DNA of 64,000 bases from an uncultured Flavobacteriales bacterium (GCA_905480125.1 CAJQPE010000044.1:1569-65568), one strand, 5' to 3'; positions 27,575 through 36,973 are shown, numbered from the stretch's first letter. A program made the numbers and translations. Notes: generated from the letters alone by a model not told the origin.

Positions 27575-28754
27575 ATATTCGTTGGCTGTTTGGTTTCTTC
27601 TTGTCGCACAGTTTGCGTTTTCTCAAACTACCGAGATAACTAAATTACAGAAAGAAAAAAAAGCGAACCAAAAGCAGCTAGAACAAAATACAAAGCAACT
27701 TAAAGAAACTACTCGCAAAAAACAGCTGTCTATGACTGAATTGTTTATGCGTCAAAACGGTATTGCTTTGAGAGAGAATCAGATTTCGATTATTAGAAGG
27801 GAGATTCGAGCAGTAAATAAGCAAATTAGAAAAACTGACGACCTTATTAAAAAGATGGAGGAGGATCTCAAAAAATTAAAAGATGAATACGCTGAAATGG
27901 TTTATTACGCATATAAGAATCGTAACTCATACGATCGATTAATGTTTGTGTTCGCTGCGGAAGATTTTAACCAAGCATACAAGCGTTTGAAATACTATCA
28001 ACAATATGCCGAGTATCGAGAAAAGCAAGCAGGACATATAATGAAAACACAAGAAATTTTGGCTGATAAAATAGCGGAATTAAACTTACAAAAAAGAAGT
28101 AAAGAATCATTATTAGAAATTGAACAACATGAAAAGAATTCATTAGCGGCAGAGCGAGATCATTTTAATAATTTGTTTAATGAGCTAAAATCGGATGAGA
28201 ATAAACTCAAAAAGGAAATAAAGAAACAACAAAAGCAGCAAAAGAAATACGCTGCCGCAATTAATAAAGCGATAATCGATTATCAAAAGGAAATGGACCA
28301 ATTTGGTGACATCGCAAGAACACCGGAGCTAGATGCGCTCGAAAAAAACTTCATTAAAAATAAAGGTAAGTTGCCTTGGCCTGTTGAAGCAGGCACAATT
28401 GGTGGAACTTTTGGAACGAAAAGCCACCCATTATATCCTAGTTTAAAAATCACCAACAATGGAATAGACTTTAACACAACAGAAGGAGGTTCAGCGCGTT
28501 CTGTTTTTGCTGGTGAAGTGAGTGGAATAATCATTATTGCAGGTGCAGGAAAAACAGTTATGGTTCGCCATGGAGACTATCTCACTATTTATTCTAATTT
28601 GTCAGAAACATTTGTGCAGAAAGGAGATAGAGTTGAAGTAAAACAGTTGATTGGAAAGGTCTTAACAGATGATGAGAAAACCCAGGTACACTTCGAAGTA
28701 CGAAAAGGGGAGCACGTTTACAACCCATCTGACTGGTTGTATAAAACGAAGTAG
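27558..28754 (+). CDS. EnvC-like coiled-coil LytM/M23-domain protein with degenerate catalytic motifs (probable hydrolase activator)
   Basis: 398 aa. Signal peptide, about 230 aa of K/E/Q-rich coiled coil, then a C-terminal M23 fold. HxxxD is NNGIDF and HxH is QVHFE. Confidence 0.8.
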   Translation: MKKWNKYSLAVWFLLVAQFAFSQTTEITKLQKEKKANQKQLEQNTKQLKETTRKKQLSMTELFMRQNGIALRENQISIIRREIRAVNKQIRKTDDLIKKMEEDLKKLKDEYAEMVYYAYKNRNSYDRLMFVFAAEDFNQAYKRLKYYQQYAEYREKQAGHIMKTQEILADKIAELNLQKRSKESLLEIEQHEKNSLAAERDHFNNLFNELKSDENKLKKEIKKQQKQQKKYAAAINKAIIDYQKEMDQFGDIARTPELDALEKNFIKNKGKLPWPVEAGTIGGTFGTKSHPLYPSLKITNNGIDFNTTEGGSARSVFAGEVSGIIIIAGAGKTVMVRHGDYLTIYSNLSETFVQKGDRVEVKQLIGKVLTDDEKTQVHFEVRKGEHVYNPSDWLYKTK

Positions 28755-28845
28755 TTAGTCTTGTGCCAATCTTCGTTCTAGAATATGCAGAGAAGCACGG
28801 TATAGTTTATTCGAATTCGCTACATTTGTATTAAAATCAATAGTA

Positions 28846-29031
28846 ATGAACTTATTAATATTATTATTTTCTCCGGGGCCAACAGAAATCATTATCATTC
28901 TTGTTATTGTATTACTGCTTTTTGGTGGTAAAAAAATCCCGGAATTAATGAAAGGTTTAGGAAAGGGCATGAAAGAATTTAAAGATGCCTCTAAAGGAGA
29001 AGACAGTTCTACTCCTGAAAAGAAGGATTAG
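28846..29031 (+). CDS. tatA: Twin-arginine translocase TatA/TatE family subunit
   Basis: 61 aa. TM helix followed by [21 protein letters not shown]. Confidence 0.92.
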   Translation: MNLLILLFSPGPTEIIIILVIVLLLFGGKKIPELMKGLGKGMKEFKDASKGEDSSTPEKKD

Positions 29032-29151
29032 TTGTCTTAAACATCCTTTAGTTAATAATTCCTTTTTCCGAGAGTTTTCTCTTTAGTCGATTTCATCACT
29101 TTTGCATAATCGCTGCAACAAATCTGTTGTGTATTGCATATATACTAAAGG

Positions 29152-30648
29152 ATGAAGCAATTTTTAATCATAATATTTTCCATTTATTCTCTTTCCGTTT
29201 TCGCAGAGAAGAACATGACTGACACCATTTTTGTCTCAACTCCGGAAGTAGATTCCATAATAATCAGCCCTGACGATCCCGTTTTATTGACTCTTGATAA
29301 AATGATGTCAGAGGCCTTTTTTGAGGCCAACCCTCTAATCACAGACACAAGTTTGTTAGATGTGGGCGGGTTTTGTGCAGATTCAGTTCCAGTTTATAGT
29401 GATGAATACTATATTGAGAAGCTGGCGGAGCTGGATGAACAATCTCCTTTTAATCTTGATTACAATAAAAATGTAAATGGTTTTATTAAGTTGTATACTC
29501 TGCGTAGAAGAGAGCTCACCTCTAGGTTGTTAGGTCTGTCTCATATGTATTTTCCTATGTTCGAAGAAAGCTTAGCAAAATACGATTTACCACTTGAATT
29601 TAAGTACTTAGCAATTGTAGAGAGCGCACTGCAACCAACGGCAAAATCGAGAGCTGGCGCAACTGGACTGTGGCAATTTATGTATGCCACGGGTAAAATG
29701 TACCACCTTAATTCAAATTCTTATTACGACGACAGAAGAGACCCATATTTAGCGACAGAAGCAGCATGTCAGTATTTTGAACAGTTGTATAGTATGTATG
29801 GAAACTGGGAGTTAGTATTGGCAGCCTATAATTGTGGACCAGGTAATGTAAATAAAGCAATCAGACGTTCTGGTGGTAAAAAAGACTATTGGGACTTATG
29901 GCCTTATCTACCTAGAGAAACAAGAGGCTATGTTCCGGCATTTATTGCAGTAAATTACGTGATGAATAACGCAACTGCACATAACCTATATCCAATAGAA
30001 CCGCAAACAACTTTTTTCGAGTATGATACTGTATATGTGAAAGAAGAAGTATCATTCGATCAAATTTCTGAAGCATTAGAAATAGAGATGGAATTGCTTA
30101 TATTTTTAAACCCTAGGTATACTAGAATGTATATTCCCTTATCAGATAAGCCAAATGTGCTATATCTTCCGCAAAATAAGGTTGGATTGTTCCTCGAAAA
30201 TGAAGCAACTGTATATGCCTATAATGAACCTTCTCCAGAGGTGCTAGCAGCAAAGGAAGAAGAGGAAAGAATTATACGTGAGACAACAGAAATTCATACT
30301 GTTCGTAATGGTGAGTATCTAGGGCTGATTGCTGAACGTTACCATGTTGGGGTTTCTGAAATCAAAGCATGGAACAATCTCCGAAGTAACAATCTTAAAA
30401 TAGGCCAAAAACTAACAATCTACATAGATAAGGACTATGCAGCTCATCCTAAGAAGCCCGTTAATAAAGGAGCGACGGCATCTACAAGTAGCAGTGCAAA
30501 GTATTATACCATTAAAAAAGGGGACACTCTATGGGATGTAGCAAATACAAAAGGAATGAGTGTAAATGAGTTACAACGTTTAAATTCTAACTTGAATTTT
30601 AAGCGATTGCAGCCAGGCATGAAAATTGTTGTCGGGGCAGGAAGTTAA
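29152..30648 (+). CDS. Lytic transglycosylase (SLT domain) with two C-terminal LysM domains, MltD-like
   Basis: 498 aa. Catalytic context AIVESALQPTAKSRAGATGLWQFM and AYNCGPGNV. LysM repeats HTVRNGEYLGLIAERY... and YTIKKGDTLWDVA... Confidence 0.88.
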   Translation: MKQFLIIIFSIYSLSVFAEKNMTDTIFVSTPEVDSIIISPDDPVLLTLDKMMSEAFFEANPLITDTSLLDVGGFCADSVPVYSDEYYIEKLAELDEQSPFNLDYNKNVNGFIKLYTLRRRELTSRLLGLSHMYFPMFEESLAKYDLPLEFKYLAIVESALQPTAKSRAGATGLWQFMYATGKMYHLNSNSYYDDRRDPYLATEAACQYFEQLYSMYGNWELVLAAYNCGPGNVNKAIRRSGGKKDYWDLWPYLPRETRGYVPAFIAVNYVMNNATAHNLYPIEPQTTFFEYDTVYVKEEVSFDQISEALEIEMELLIFLNPRYTRMYIPLSDKPNVLYLPQNKVGLFLENEATVYAYNEPSPEVLAAKEEEERIIRETTEIHTVRNGEYLGLIAERYHVGVSEIKAWNNLRSNNLKIGQKLTIYIDKDYAAHPKKPVNKGATASTSSSAKYYTIKKGDTLWDVANTKGMSVNELQRLNSNLNFKRLQPGMKIVVGAGS

Positions 30649-30704
30649 ATCGGTTTGCCATAGCTTACATAGGGCAGCATAGACAAGTAACCTTATCTGA
30701 ATAT

Positions 30705-31700
30705 ATGCGAAAGTTTGTTCTTCTTCTAATCATTGTTTCTTTAATCGCTTGTGAATCTAACCAAGATTATAAATTGGGATATTCGGGCTCTCCTAATGAA
30801 ATTGTTGTAGTTACTTCTCAAGAACAATGGGCAGGCTGGATTGGATCAACTATTCAAAAATATTTTGCTGAATACGAAACAATTCTTCCTCAAGCTGAAC
30901 GAAAATTTTGGATAATAAACATCGATGAAGAAAATTTCGGAAGCTTGTTTCAAACACACCGAAACGTGATGCTCATCGACATAAAAAAAGGGGCCGAACC
31001 TAAAATAGAATTTCAAAATAGTAAATGGGCCAAGGAACAATTGGTTTGTAAAATAATTGCAAGTTCTGATAAAGAATGCGCGAAGCTTCTGGATGAAAAC
31101 GGCTCTGAATTGGTTTATAGATTTCATCAGGCAGAGATTGAAAGGCAAATTGCTAAGAATGAAAAATTTGGCCCATCTAACTTAAGTGATAAGCTATTTA
31201 CGAATCACAAACTAAGGCTAACAACTCAACAAGATTCTTATATCGCGATAGATTCTTCAAATTTTATTTGGATTCGCCTCGAGAGAGAGCAACAAGTAGG
31301 AGGGTTCGAGCACCAAATTAGTCAAGGCATACTAATTTATTATTACGATTACAAAGACACCCTGCAATTAGATCCATCAAGATTAATACAGGTCAGAGAC
31401 TCCGTAACGAAACGAAATGTATCTGGCCCGTCACAGGGTTCTTACATGACTATTTCAACTAGAGGAGAATTGCCAGCATATCAACCCATTAATTATAATG
31501 GAGGATATGCAGTTGAGATAAAAGGATTATGGCGAATGGAAAATAACTTTATGGGAGGGCCGTTTATTAGCCTCACGACAGTTGATACACTAAACCATCG
31601 AGTGGTCACCGCAGAGGGATATGTTTTTGCGCCACAATTTAAAAAAAGAGATTACCTATATGAGGTTGAAGCAGTGATTAAGTCGTTGAAATTTAAGTAG
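30705..31700 (+). CDS. Lipoprotein, probably DUF4837 family
   Basis: 331 aa with lipobox LIAC. The N-terminal GSPNEIVVVTSQEQWAGWIGSTIQKYF resembles the DUF4837 pattern. The family call is from memory only. Confidence 0.45.
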   Translation: MRKFVLLLIIVSLIACESNQDYKLGYSGSPNEIVVVTSQEQWAGWIGSTIQKYFAEYETILPQAERKFWIINIDEENFGSLFQTHRNVMLIDIKKGAEPKIEFQNSKWAKEQLVCKIIASSDKECAKLLDENGSELVYRFHQAEIERQIAKNEKFGPSNLSDKLFTNHKLRLTTQQDSYIAIDSSNFIWIRLEREQQVGGFEHQISQGILIYYYDYKDTLQLDPSRLIQVRDSVTKRNVSGPSQGSYMTISTRGELPAYQPINYNGGYAVEIKGLWRMENNFMGGPFISLTTVDTLNHRVVTAEGYVFAPQFKKRDYLYEVEAVIKSLKFK

Positions 31701-33189
31701 AAGGCACTAATTTGTCTGCCAACTTCCTGTCATTACTCAATCTAGGGATTTTGTTTTGACCACCCAATTTTCCTTGAGATTTCATATAGGCATTAAATCC
31801 TCCAATGGGAACGTTAGTAATTTTCAAGAAATCTAACATATTGCCATCACGCAAGTCTAGGTAATAAGAATTTTTTTCTTGTAAAGCCTTGTCAATATCT
31901 GTAATAAAACGATCTAAGTTAGCAGGATTGGAAGCAAACTCAATAAACCATTCATGATGAGCGGCCTCTCCATCAGTTGGATTAGTTTGCGGTGCGACAT
32001 GAAACTCATTTACTTCACAAGGTTGGGCTTGCTGTGCAATTTTTAATGCGTATTCAACTTCCTCAGCAATAACATGTTCGCCAAAGGCAGAAATAAAATG
32101 TTTAATTCGTCCAGTAACAACAATCCTGTAAGGAGAATCAGATAAAAATTTAACGGTATCGCCAATATTGTATCCCCATAATCCCGCGTTAGTGTTTAGA
32201 ATTAGAACGTAATTAACACCAATTTTCACCTCACTAATCGATAATCGGGATGGATTTTCGTTATGAAACTCATCAACAGGAATAAACTCGTAAAATATAC
32301 CTTTGTTCAGCACTAACAGAAGCCCTTCTTCTTTTTGTGAGGCTTGATAAGCAATAAACCCTTCTGATGATGGGTAAGTTTCTACTGTGTCGATTTGTTT
32401 TCCAATTAACCGTTCAAATACTTGTCGATACGGTTCAAAATTTACTCCTCCATGGACAAATAATGAGAAATTTTTGAATAGTTCTTGAACAGATTTTTTA
32501 CCTGATTTTTCTATTATTTTTTCAAAATACATTTGCACCCATGGGGGAATTCCACTAATGAGTGTCATGTTTTCATTCATTGTTTCATCGATGATTGCAT
32601 CTATTTTTGTTTCCCAATCTTCTATACAATTTGTTGCTAAGCTAGGTAAACGATTTTTCAGTAAATAGGAAGGAACATGATGCGCCACAATTCCGGAGAG
32701 CCTACCAATTTTAATTCCATTTTCTTCATTTAGTGTAGGACTTCCTTGTAGAAAAATCATTTTGCCATTGATAAAGTCAGTGTTTCCAGACTCATTTATA
32801 TAGCAAAGTAGAGCATTACGAGCACAATCAATATGGTTCGAGATTGATTCCTTCGAAATCGGGATGTATTTCGTGCCAGAAGTAGTGCCAGAAGTTTTAC
32901 AGAAGTATATTGGTTTGCCCTTCCAGAGTATGTTTTCCTCCCCTTTTCGAACTTTATCGATGTATGGCTTTAAGTCTTCGTAATCTCTTATGGGCACAGC
33001 TTTTTTAAAATCCTCATAAGTCGTAATAGAAGAAAAATTATGGTCTTTTCCGAATGCAGTTGCTGAAGCTTTTTCAATTAACTCACGAAAGACTTTTTGT
33101 TGAGTCTCTACAGGCCTTTCCGCCCATTTTTTAATTTTCTTAACTGCGGCTGTCGCATAGATTTTACCAAGTTTCGATTTTACCCCCAT
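31693..33189 (-). CDS. GH3 (auxin-responsive promoter) family adenylate-forming enzyme
   Basis: 498 aa. KTSGTTSGTKYIP adenylation P-loop and overall GH3-like layout. The start overlaps the purN stop by 10 nt. Confidence 0.75.
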   Translation of the reverse strand: MGVKSKLGKIYATAAVKKIKKWAERPVETQQKVFRELIEKASATAFGKDHNFSSITTYEDFKKAVPIRDYEDLKPYIDKVRKGEENILWKGKPIYFCKTSGTTSGTKYIPISKESISNHIDCARNALLCYINESGNTDFINGKMIFLQGSPTLNEENGIKIGRLSGIVAHHVPSYLLKNRLPSLATNCIEDWETKIDAIIDETMNENMTLISGIPPWVQMYFEKIIEKSGKKSVQELFKNFSLFVHGGVNFEPYRQVFERLIGKQIDTVETYPSSEGFIAYQASQKEEGLLLVLNKGIFYEFIPVDEFHNENPSRLSISEVKIGVNYVLILNTNAGLWGYNIGDTVKFLSDSPYRIVVTGRIKHFISAFGEHVIAEEVEYALKIAQQAQPCEVNEFHVAPQTNPTDGEAAHHEWFIEFASNPANLDRFITDIDKALQEKNSYYLDLRDGNMLDFLKITNVPIGGFNAYMKSQGKLGGQNKIPRLSNDRKLADKLVPST

Positions 33190-33740
33190 AATTTTTCAAT
33201 TTGTTGCGGGAAATATTTATGTTCTAGTTCATGAATTTTGGCTGCCAAGGTTGTTACGGTGTCGAACTCTGATACTTTGCATTCACGTTTATGTATGATC
33301 TCTCCTTTATCAAAATGTTCGTTTACATAATGAATAGTTATGCCTGATACAGATTCTTTATTTTCTATTACAGCCTGGTGCACGCGCTCCCCATACATTC
33401 CTTTGCCACCATATTTAGGCAATAAGGCAGGGTGAATATTAATGATTCGATTTGGGAATGCGGCTATTAAAACGGGGGGAATCTTCAATAAGAATCCTGC
33501 GAGGACAACATAATCAATTTTATGAAACTTCAGTTCTTCTATTAACGAACCATTCTCAAGGTCTTTTCTATTAAAAACTGTTGAGGTTATCCCAAGATTT
33601 TTAGCCCTTGTTAATACATATGCATCGGATTTATTAGCAGCAATTAAACAAACGTTTAGTGAATCATGATTGGCAAGGTGATTTGCAATTGCTTCTGCAT
33701 TAGTCCCACTGCCAGAGGCGAGTATGGCGATATTTTTCAT
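33180..33740 (-). CDS. purN: Phosphoribosylglycinamide formyltransferase
   Basis: ILASGSGTN and NIHPALLPKYGG motifs. Start trimmed from the ORF-track TTG at 33767 to ATG at 33740 (MKNIAILASG...). Confidence 0.93.
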   Translation of the reverse strand: MKNIAILASGSGTNAEAIANHLANHDSLNVCLIAANKSDAYVLTRAKNLGITSTVFNRKDLENGSLIEELKFHKIDYVVLAGFLLKIPPVLIAAFPNRIINIHPALLPKYGGKGMYGERVHQAVIENKESVSGITIHYVNEHFDKGEIIHKRECKVSEFDTVTTLAAKIHELEHKYFPQQIEKLWG

Positions 33741-34170
33741 TTGAGCTATTGGTTTAAATTTACTCAATGCAAACTTAATATCATTAGATGAGTTGAGTGT
33801 TTAATTGTCTACTCAATTTTCTTGAAAAATAGGTTTAGGCGTTTGTTTTGTTAGCACAATTTCGTAAACAAATCTTTTGGAACCCGGAGATACAACCTAT
33901 ATTATAAATATAATTTGGCAAAGGGTTAGCCGAATATACAAATACACCGGCTCCGATGAGTTTTTTAGCGAAAGTATTAAATCTATCAGAAAACAAAAGT
34001 CTTTTTTATTGACCCCTATTAGATATACATCTAGTAACTTAATGTTGCTTAATTTATATGCGGAATCAATAAAAAATATAGAAGAATATTAGACTTGATA
34101 AAATAATTTTGAATTTATAAGCAAAAACACATTTCTTTGCAATGATTTAAAAACTTAAAATCTAAATAAT

Positions 34171-34407
34171 ATGTCTGATATTAAAACCAGAGTTGTAGCA
34201 ATTATAGTTGACAAATTAGGAGTTGACGAAGGAGAAGTAACAGAAGCAGCAAGTTTCACAAATGACTTAGGTGCCGATTCACTTGACACTGTTGAGTTGA
34301 TTATGGAATTCGAAAAGGAATTCAATATCGCTATTCCAGATGATCAAGCTGAAAACATCGCTACTGTAGGAGAAGCAGTGCAATACATTGCAGATAACGC
34401 AAAGTAA
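34171..34407 (+). CDS. acpP: Acyl carrier protein
   Basis: 78 aa with [14 protein letters not shown] (phosphopantetheinyl Ser). Confidence 0.97.
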   Translation: MSDIKTRVVAIIVDKLGVDEGEVTEAASFTNDLGADSLDTVELIMEFEKEFNIAIPDDQAENIATVGEAVQYIADNAK

Positions 34408-34427
34408 TTTTCACATAAAATAGTTAG

Positions 34428-35678
34428 ATGCAGTTAAAACGAGTTGTTGTAACAGGGATTGGTGCATTAACACCAATAGGTAATACTACCGATGAATATT
34501 GGCAAGGATTGATTAATGGTGTTTCTGGGGCAGCACCCATTACTCGTTTTGATGCTTCTAAATTTAAAACTCAATTTGCTTGCGAGGTAAAAGGGTTTAA
34601 TACTGAAGACCATTTTGACAGAAAGGAAGGGCGAAAGCACGACCTTTATTCAAAATTTGCTATGGTTGCTTCTTCTGAGGCTGTTGCAGATTCTGGTATT
34701 AATGAAGAAAACACAGATCTAGGTCGTATAGGAGTAATCTGGGGTTCTGGAATAGGTGGGTTAGAAACCTTTAGAGATGAGGTAGGAGACTTCATCAGAG
34801 GTGATGGAACGCCTAGATTCAATCCATTCTTTATCCCAAAAATGATTGCAGACATTGCTTCAGGTAATATTTCAATTAAGCATGGCTTCAGGGGACCGAA
34901 TTTTACAACAGTTTCTGCTTGTGCTTCATCAACAAACGCATTGGCAGACGCGTTCAATTATATCCGCTTAGGAAAAGCTGATGCGATTGTAACTGGAGGT
35001 TCGGAAGCTGCGGTTAATGAGCCAGGGGTTGGAGGTTTTAATGCTCTTCATGCGTTATCGACTCGTAATGATTCTCCAGAAACTGCTTCACGTCCGTTCG
35101 ATTTGGATCGAAATGGCTTTGTATTAGGAGAGGGCGCTGGGGCGGTTATACTTGAAGACTATGAGCACGCTAAATCTAGAGGAGCAAAAATATATGCAGA
35201 GATGACAGGAGCTGGACTGTCTGGCGATGCTCATCATATTACTGCACCACATCCAGAAGGATTAGGCGCCACAGCAGTTATGCTTGATGCACTTAGTGAT
35301 ATGAACATGGACCCAAGTGAAGTTGATTACATTAACGTGCATGGCACATCTACTCCTCTTGGAGATTTAGCAGAAAGTAAAGCTATTCTTAAGGTGTTTG
35401 GAGAAAGCGCCTATAAATTGAATATAAGTTCATCTAAATCAATGACAGGTCATTTGCTTGGTGCCACTGGGGTTATTGAGGCGATAGCTTGTATATTGGC
35501 TGTTAAGAATGATATTGTCCCACCGACAATTAACCACTTTACTGATGATCCAGCATTCGACCCCAAATTGAACTTTACGTTCAATAAAGCAGAGAAAAGA
35601 ACAGTTCGGGCGGCTCTGAGTAATACGTTTGGTTTTGGAGGTCATAACGCTTCAGTTGTGTTTAGAAAACTTAGTTAA
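34428..35678 (+). CDS. fabF: 3-oxoacyl-ACP synthase II
   Basis: 416 aa. Active-site Cys in SACASS, plus HGTSTPLGD and GHLLGATG. Confidence 0.97.
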   Translation: MQLKRVVVTGIGALTPIGNTTDEYWQGLINGVSGAAPITRFDASKFKTQFACEVKGFNTEDHFDRKEGRKHDLYSKFAMVASSEAVADSGINEENTDLGRIGVIWGSGIGGLETFRDEVGDFIRGDGTPRFNPFFIPKMIADIASGNISIKHGFRGPNFTTVSACASSTNALADAFNYIRLGKADAIVTGGSEAAVNEPGVGGFNALHALSTRNDSPETASRPFDLDRNGFVLGEGAGAVILEDYEHAKSRGAKIYAEMTGAGLSGDAHHITAPHPEGLGATAVMLDALSDMNMDPSEVDYINVHGTSTPLGDLAESKAILKVFGESAYKLNISSSKSMTGHLLGATGVIEAIACILAVKNDIVPPTINHFTDDPAFDPKLNFTFNKAEKRTVRAALSNTFGFGGHNASVVFRKLS

Positions 35679-35681
35679 GAC

Positions 35682-36395
35682 TTGGGTCTTTTCGATTTTC
35701 TATTCCCTAAAAAATATAATAAACAAAAACTTCCTATTGAAATTCAACAATTAGTTGGTTACCAAAAAGGCGAATTGCAATGGTATGAGCTTGCTTTTAC
35801 ACATAAATCTATTCTTAAAAAAGAACATAGAGAGATGCCTGGCAAGAGTAACGAGCGCCTTGAGTTTTTAGGAGATGCCATACTCGATTCTGTAGTTGCA
35901 GATTATTTATTCAATTCATTTCCTGAGCATGACGAAGGTATTTTAACACAAATGCGCTCTAAATTTGTTAGCAGAAAACATCTTTATATAGTTGCAAAAG
36001 AGATTAATTTAGATTGCGTTCTAAAAGCTTCTTTAGGTAAAAATAACCAATCTCAATCGATTTATGGGAATGCTTTAGAGGCATTAATAGGGGCAATCTA
36101 TCTTGATAAGGGATATGAAGAGGCGGCAGCGTTTATTAAAAAGATAATGCTTAGGTCAGACCAAGTTAATAAAGTTCTTAAGTCCAACACTGATTTTAAG
36201 AGCAAATTGTTGGAGTGGTGCCAGCAGGAGAAAAGGAAATTGAAATTCACGACCGAAGCAGACGATAACTTGTTATTTACTAGTGAATTAAAAATAGACG
36301 GAAAGTTAGTGGCTAAGGGGTTGGCAAAAAACAAAAAGCAAGCAGAGCAGCAAGCATCGAAAAAAGCATTTGAATTAATTATCGATCAAGCATAG
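35682..36395 (+). CDS. rnc: Ribonuclease III
   Basis: 237 aa. ERLEFLGDA signature and a C-terminal dsRBD (KNKKQAEQQASKKA). TTG start 3 nt after the fabF stop. Confidence 0.92.
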   Translation: MGLFDFLFPKKYNKQKLPIEIQQLVGYQKGELQWYELAFTHKSILKKEHREMPGKSNERLEFLGDAILDSVVADYLFNSFPEHDEGILTQMRSKFVSRKHLYIVAKEINLDCVLKASLGKNNQSQSIYGNALEALIGAIYLDKGYEEAAAFIKKIMLRSDQVNKVLKSNTDFKSKLLEWCQQEKRKLKFTTEADDNLLFTSELKIDGKLVAKGLAKNKKQAEQQASKKAFELIIDQA

Positions 36396-36406
36396 TTTTC
36401 GTAACC

Positions 36407-36880
36407 TTGCAACTAATGGCAATAAAGAAACTTGTTCTGGATTATGACTATGACTTCCTTTTAATAGGGATATTGTCTTCCGCACCTGATTACAAGTTGT
36501 GCTGGGGGATAAATAAAGTGCTTAATATTGTATTGAAAAAAGAGAAAGATTTAGAACTACAATTGCACAATAATGAAAAGAATGAAGGGCTTCAATTAAC
36601 ATTTGAAAAGCCGGAGATGACTCCACAATATTCAATGTACACTTATTATAATGAGGTAACCCATCTCAGGTATACCGTTGCTTCGAATAGATCGATAAGT
36701 GGGTTACTGATAAAAGAGGAGCAGAGTGTAGATTTTTTTTTAGTAGTGGAAGGGCTGCATGATGATTTAAACAAAGGGGATAGGATAGTGAACGATTTAA
36801 GAGAACAAAGAGAAATAATAACGGCATATAAGATTGACCCAAACAATCTTAAATCGAAGCAAAATCTTATTTTTGGATGA
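36407..36880 (+). CDS. IPExxxVDY-family protein (function unknown)
   Basis: 157 aa. The segment LLIKEEQSVDFFLVV fits the I-[PK]-E-xxx-VD-[YF] family motif. Sits between rnc and pyk. The family name is from memory. Confidence 0.5.
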   Translation: MQLMAIKKLVLDYDYDFLLIGILSSAPDYKLCWGINKVLNIVLKKEKDLELQLHNNEKNEGLQLTFEKPEMTPQYSMYTYYNEVTHLRYTVASNRSISGLLIKEEQSVDFFLVVEGLHDDLNKGDRIVNDLREQREIITAYKIDPNNLKSKQNLIFG

Positions 36881-36973
36881 TTAAATGAAGGGTTGACTAT
36901 CGTCAATTAAAGGATTAGATTGCAACTATGATTTTCACACTCCCTGATTTGGAGTACAATCGATAGACTAAGT

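Noticed and set aside
33916-33930. Sigma-54-like element TGGCAaagggtTAGC (GG-N10-GC spacing) upstream of acpP; rpoN is encoded in this window.
   Set aside because: The -12 element is TAGC rather than TTGC. It lies about 240 nt from acpP with no enhancer-binding protein gene nearby. A single near-match in 64 kb is expected by chance.
33877-34092. 71-aa ORF in the purN-acpP gap.
   Set aside because: It has no family resemblance. Its composition looks like translated AT-rich spacer, and I see no convincing upstream promoter or RBS-like context. It cannot be excluded without expression data.
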